Origin: an uncultured Candidatus Saccharibacteria bacterium
GTDB lineage: Bacteria > Patescibacteriota > Minisyncoccia > CAYVXU01
Length of the DNA stretch: 35,234 bases
Direction of reading: 5' to 3'
Assembly: GCA_964454705.1 (NCBI GenBank)
Contig: CAYVXU010000003.1
Coordinates: forward strand, 16,180-51,413
The notes under the pieces were generated by a model. It saw only the letters and a program-made list of their open reading frames with translations, was not told the DNA's origin and searched no databases. This document shows, piece after piece, positions 34,178-35,234 of the stretch; within the stretch, counting starts at the first letter, position 1, and every line of letters begins with the position of its first letter. The position numbers were made by a program, and so were the translations under genes.

Positions 34178-34612
34178 CTATTTCCACCCCCACAGCGCGA
34201 GGATCACACCCATGACTATCAGCGTCACAAGATAGTAGCCGTTATTCACAAACCACAGCTTCCAGCTTTTGCCCTCCCACAGAACACTTCTGAGTGTAAC
34301 CGGGGCAACGAAGCCAAGCCAATTCCAGATACCGGCCTGCACACCCGCATTTGCCCCACTCACTTTCAGGAATTCACTTGCAAAGAAGAGTGAATGAGCA
34401 AGCACATAGGCCATCACGAGCGATCCGATAAAGGCAGTGACATACGTCTTACCCATGCCCTGCGCTTGTCCGGCATCTATTTTTTCCCGGCTTATTCCGG
34501 AAAGCGCCATCCACTGCTTGCCAAACAATGGCCCATACCACAGAAAACCGATCACCATGCTCGCAACCGCCGCCGCGAGTACCGCGACATAATCAATAGG
34601 AACTTCAGGCAT
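34178..34612 (-). CDS. DUF1761 family membrane protein
   Basis: ...VAVLAAAVASMVIGFLWYGPLFGKQWMAL... with four predicted TM segments. Confidence 0.75.
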   Translation of the reverse strand: MPEVPIDYVAVLAAAVASMVIGFLWYGPLFGKQWMALSGISREKIDAGQAQGMGKTYVTAFIGSLVMAYVLAHSLFFASEFLKVSGANAGVQAGIWNWLGFVAPVTLRSVLWEGKSWKLWFVNNGYYLVTLIVMGVILALWGWK

Positions 34613-34694
34613 ATATGTAAACGTTATGTGAACCCGACCTTTCCCCTCTCCCTCTATTTAACTACGAAATGTCCCGTGGGTAAACCTGGTCACA

Positions 34695-35171
34695 TCACTC
34701 GCAGACCGGAGGCCGTTTGAAATACTGCGACTGCTCCTCAATTCGTTTGATCTCCTCACTAAGAGGTGCTCGTATATCTTCTGGCGCACGCTGGGCCGCC
34801 TCTTTAAATACCTCGATGTGCTTTTCGGCTACTTCTGCACCTGTCTTTTCAAGCTTTTCGATGTCTCTGCGATTCTCTTCTATCTTTTCTCTGAAATCCT
34901 TTGCCCGCTCGAGTACCCCATCAAAGTCATTTGTGCGGGCGAGCTTTTCCACCTCGGTAGTGTCCTTGCCCTGCTCGTGGAGCGTAATTTTCGTCTTCGT
35001 CTCCTGCCCAAACTGCTTCCAGAATACCGCTTCTTCGCCAATCCGCTTCACAGGGTTAATAATCGCACCGGTAAGCTGCTGACGCGTGGAATCAAAGAGA
35101 AAATACGCCGCGACGAGCGCGAGGCAGGCAAATATAACTATCGGGAGCCGTGATCTGCGCCGTTCGTCCAT
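34695..35171 (-). CDS. N-terminally anchored coiled-coil protein, function unknown
   Basis: 158 aa with TM LPIVIFACLALVAAYFLF followed by a Glu/Lys-rich helical region. Confidence 0.55.
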   Translation of the reverse strand: MDERRRSRLPIVIFACLALVAAYFLFDSTRQQLTGAIINPVKRIGEEAVFWKQFGQETKTKITLHEQGKDTTEVEKLARTNDFDGVLERAKDFREKIEENRRDIEKLEKTGAEVAEKHIEVFKEAAQRAPEDIRAPLSEEIKRIEEQSQYFKRPPVCE

Positions 35172-35234
35172 GTATATAGTTGTAAGATTTAACCGCGTTG
35201 TTCACACTTTACCACTTGTCGGGTAAGGTGGGAA

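Overview
About 35 kb of densely coded bacterial chromosome at roughly 50% GC. It uses the standard genetic code: TGA ends nrdR, and TAA and TAG end other genes. The gene content suggests a small-genome Patescibacteria/CPR (Parcubacteria-like) organism, but that is inference only. The relevant genes are a DUF5667 membrane protein beside an ECF sigma, a sigma-region-4/HARE-HTH protein, a membrane protein paired with a soluble VirD4/TraD-like ATPase, DM13 plus VKOR, and many small membrane proteins. Layout from left to right: (1) an nrdR-nrdJ operon (-) with an NrdR box; (2) a + strand block of a sigma-r4/HARE-HTH protein, a 2-TM protein and a coupling-protein-like ATPase; (3) efp; (4) a long - strand signalling operon (STAS-like, 5-PAS histidine kinase, receiver, ECF sigma, DUF5667 putative anti-sigma); (5) two small YtxH-like membrane proteins; (6) an RND permease with no partner genes in the window; (7) secreted or surface proteins; (8) a CBS protein; (9) purB; (10) a run of membrane proteins (DedA, DUF2784, DUF2585, DUF1761), a NUDIX hydrolase and a DM13-DM13-VKOR redox trio. 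I saw no rRNA, tRNA, CRISPR array, transposase or integrase. The main hunt result is a ~110-nt extended-hairpin element present twice (3789-3899 on +, 10970-11082 on -). The two copies share five identical sequence blocks and differ by compensatory changes in the stems. Each copy lies upstream of, and in the same orientation as, a gene for a sigma-70 region-4 type protein, and I cannot assign it to any RNA family I know. Secondary results: four gene-integrity anomalies (no stop codon between the DUF5667 gene and efp, a purB frameshift, a homopolymer frameshift in a surface protein, an in-frame TAA in a small ORF); an array of six TGAAAATT 8-mers in inverted arrangement; and a GC-rich, probably structured, divergent intergenic region. 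All calls come from reading the sequence and ORF translations, with no database search.
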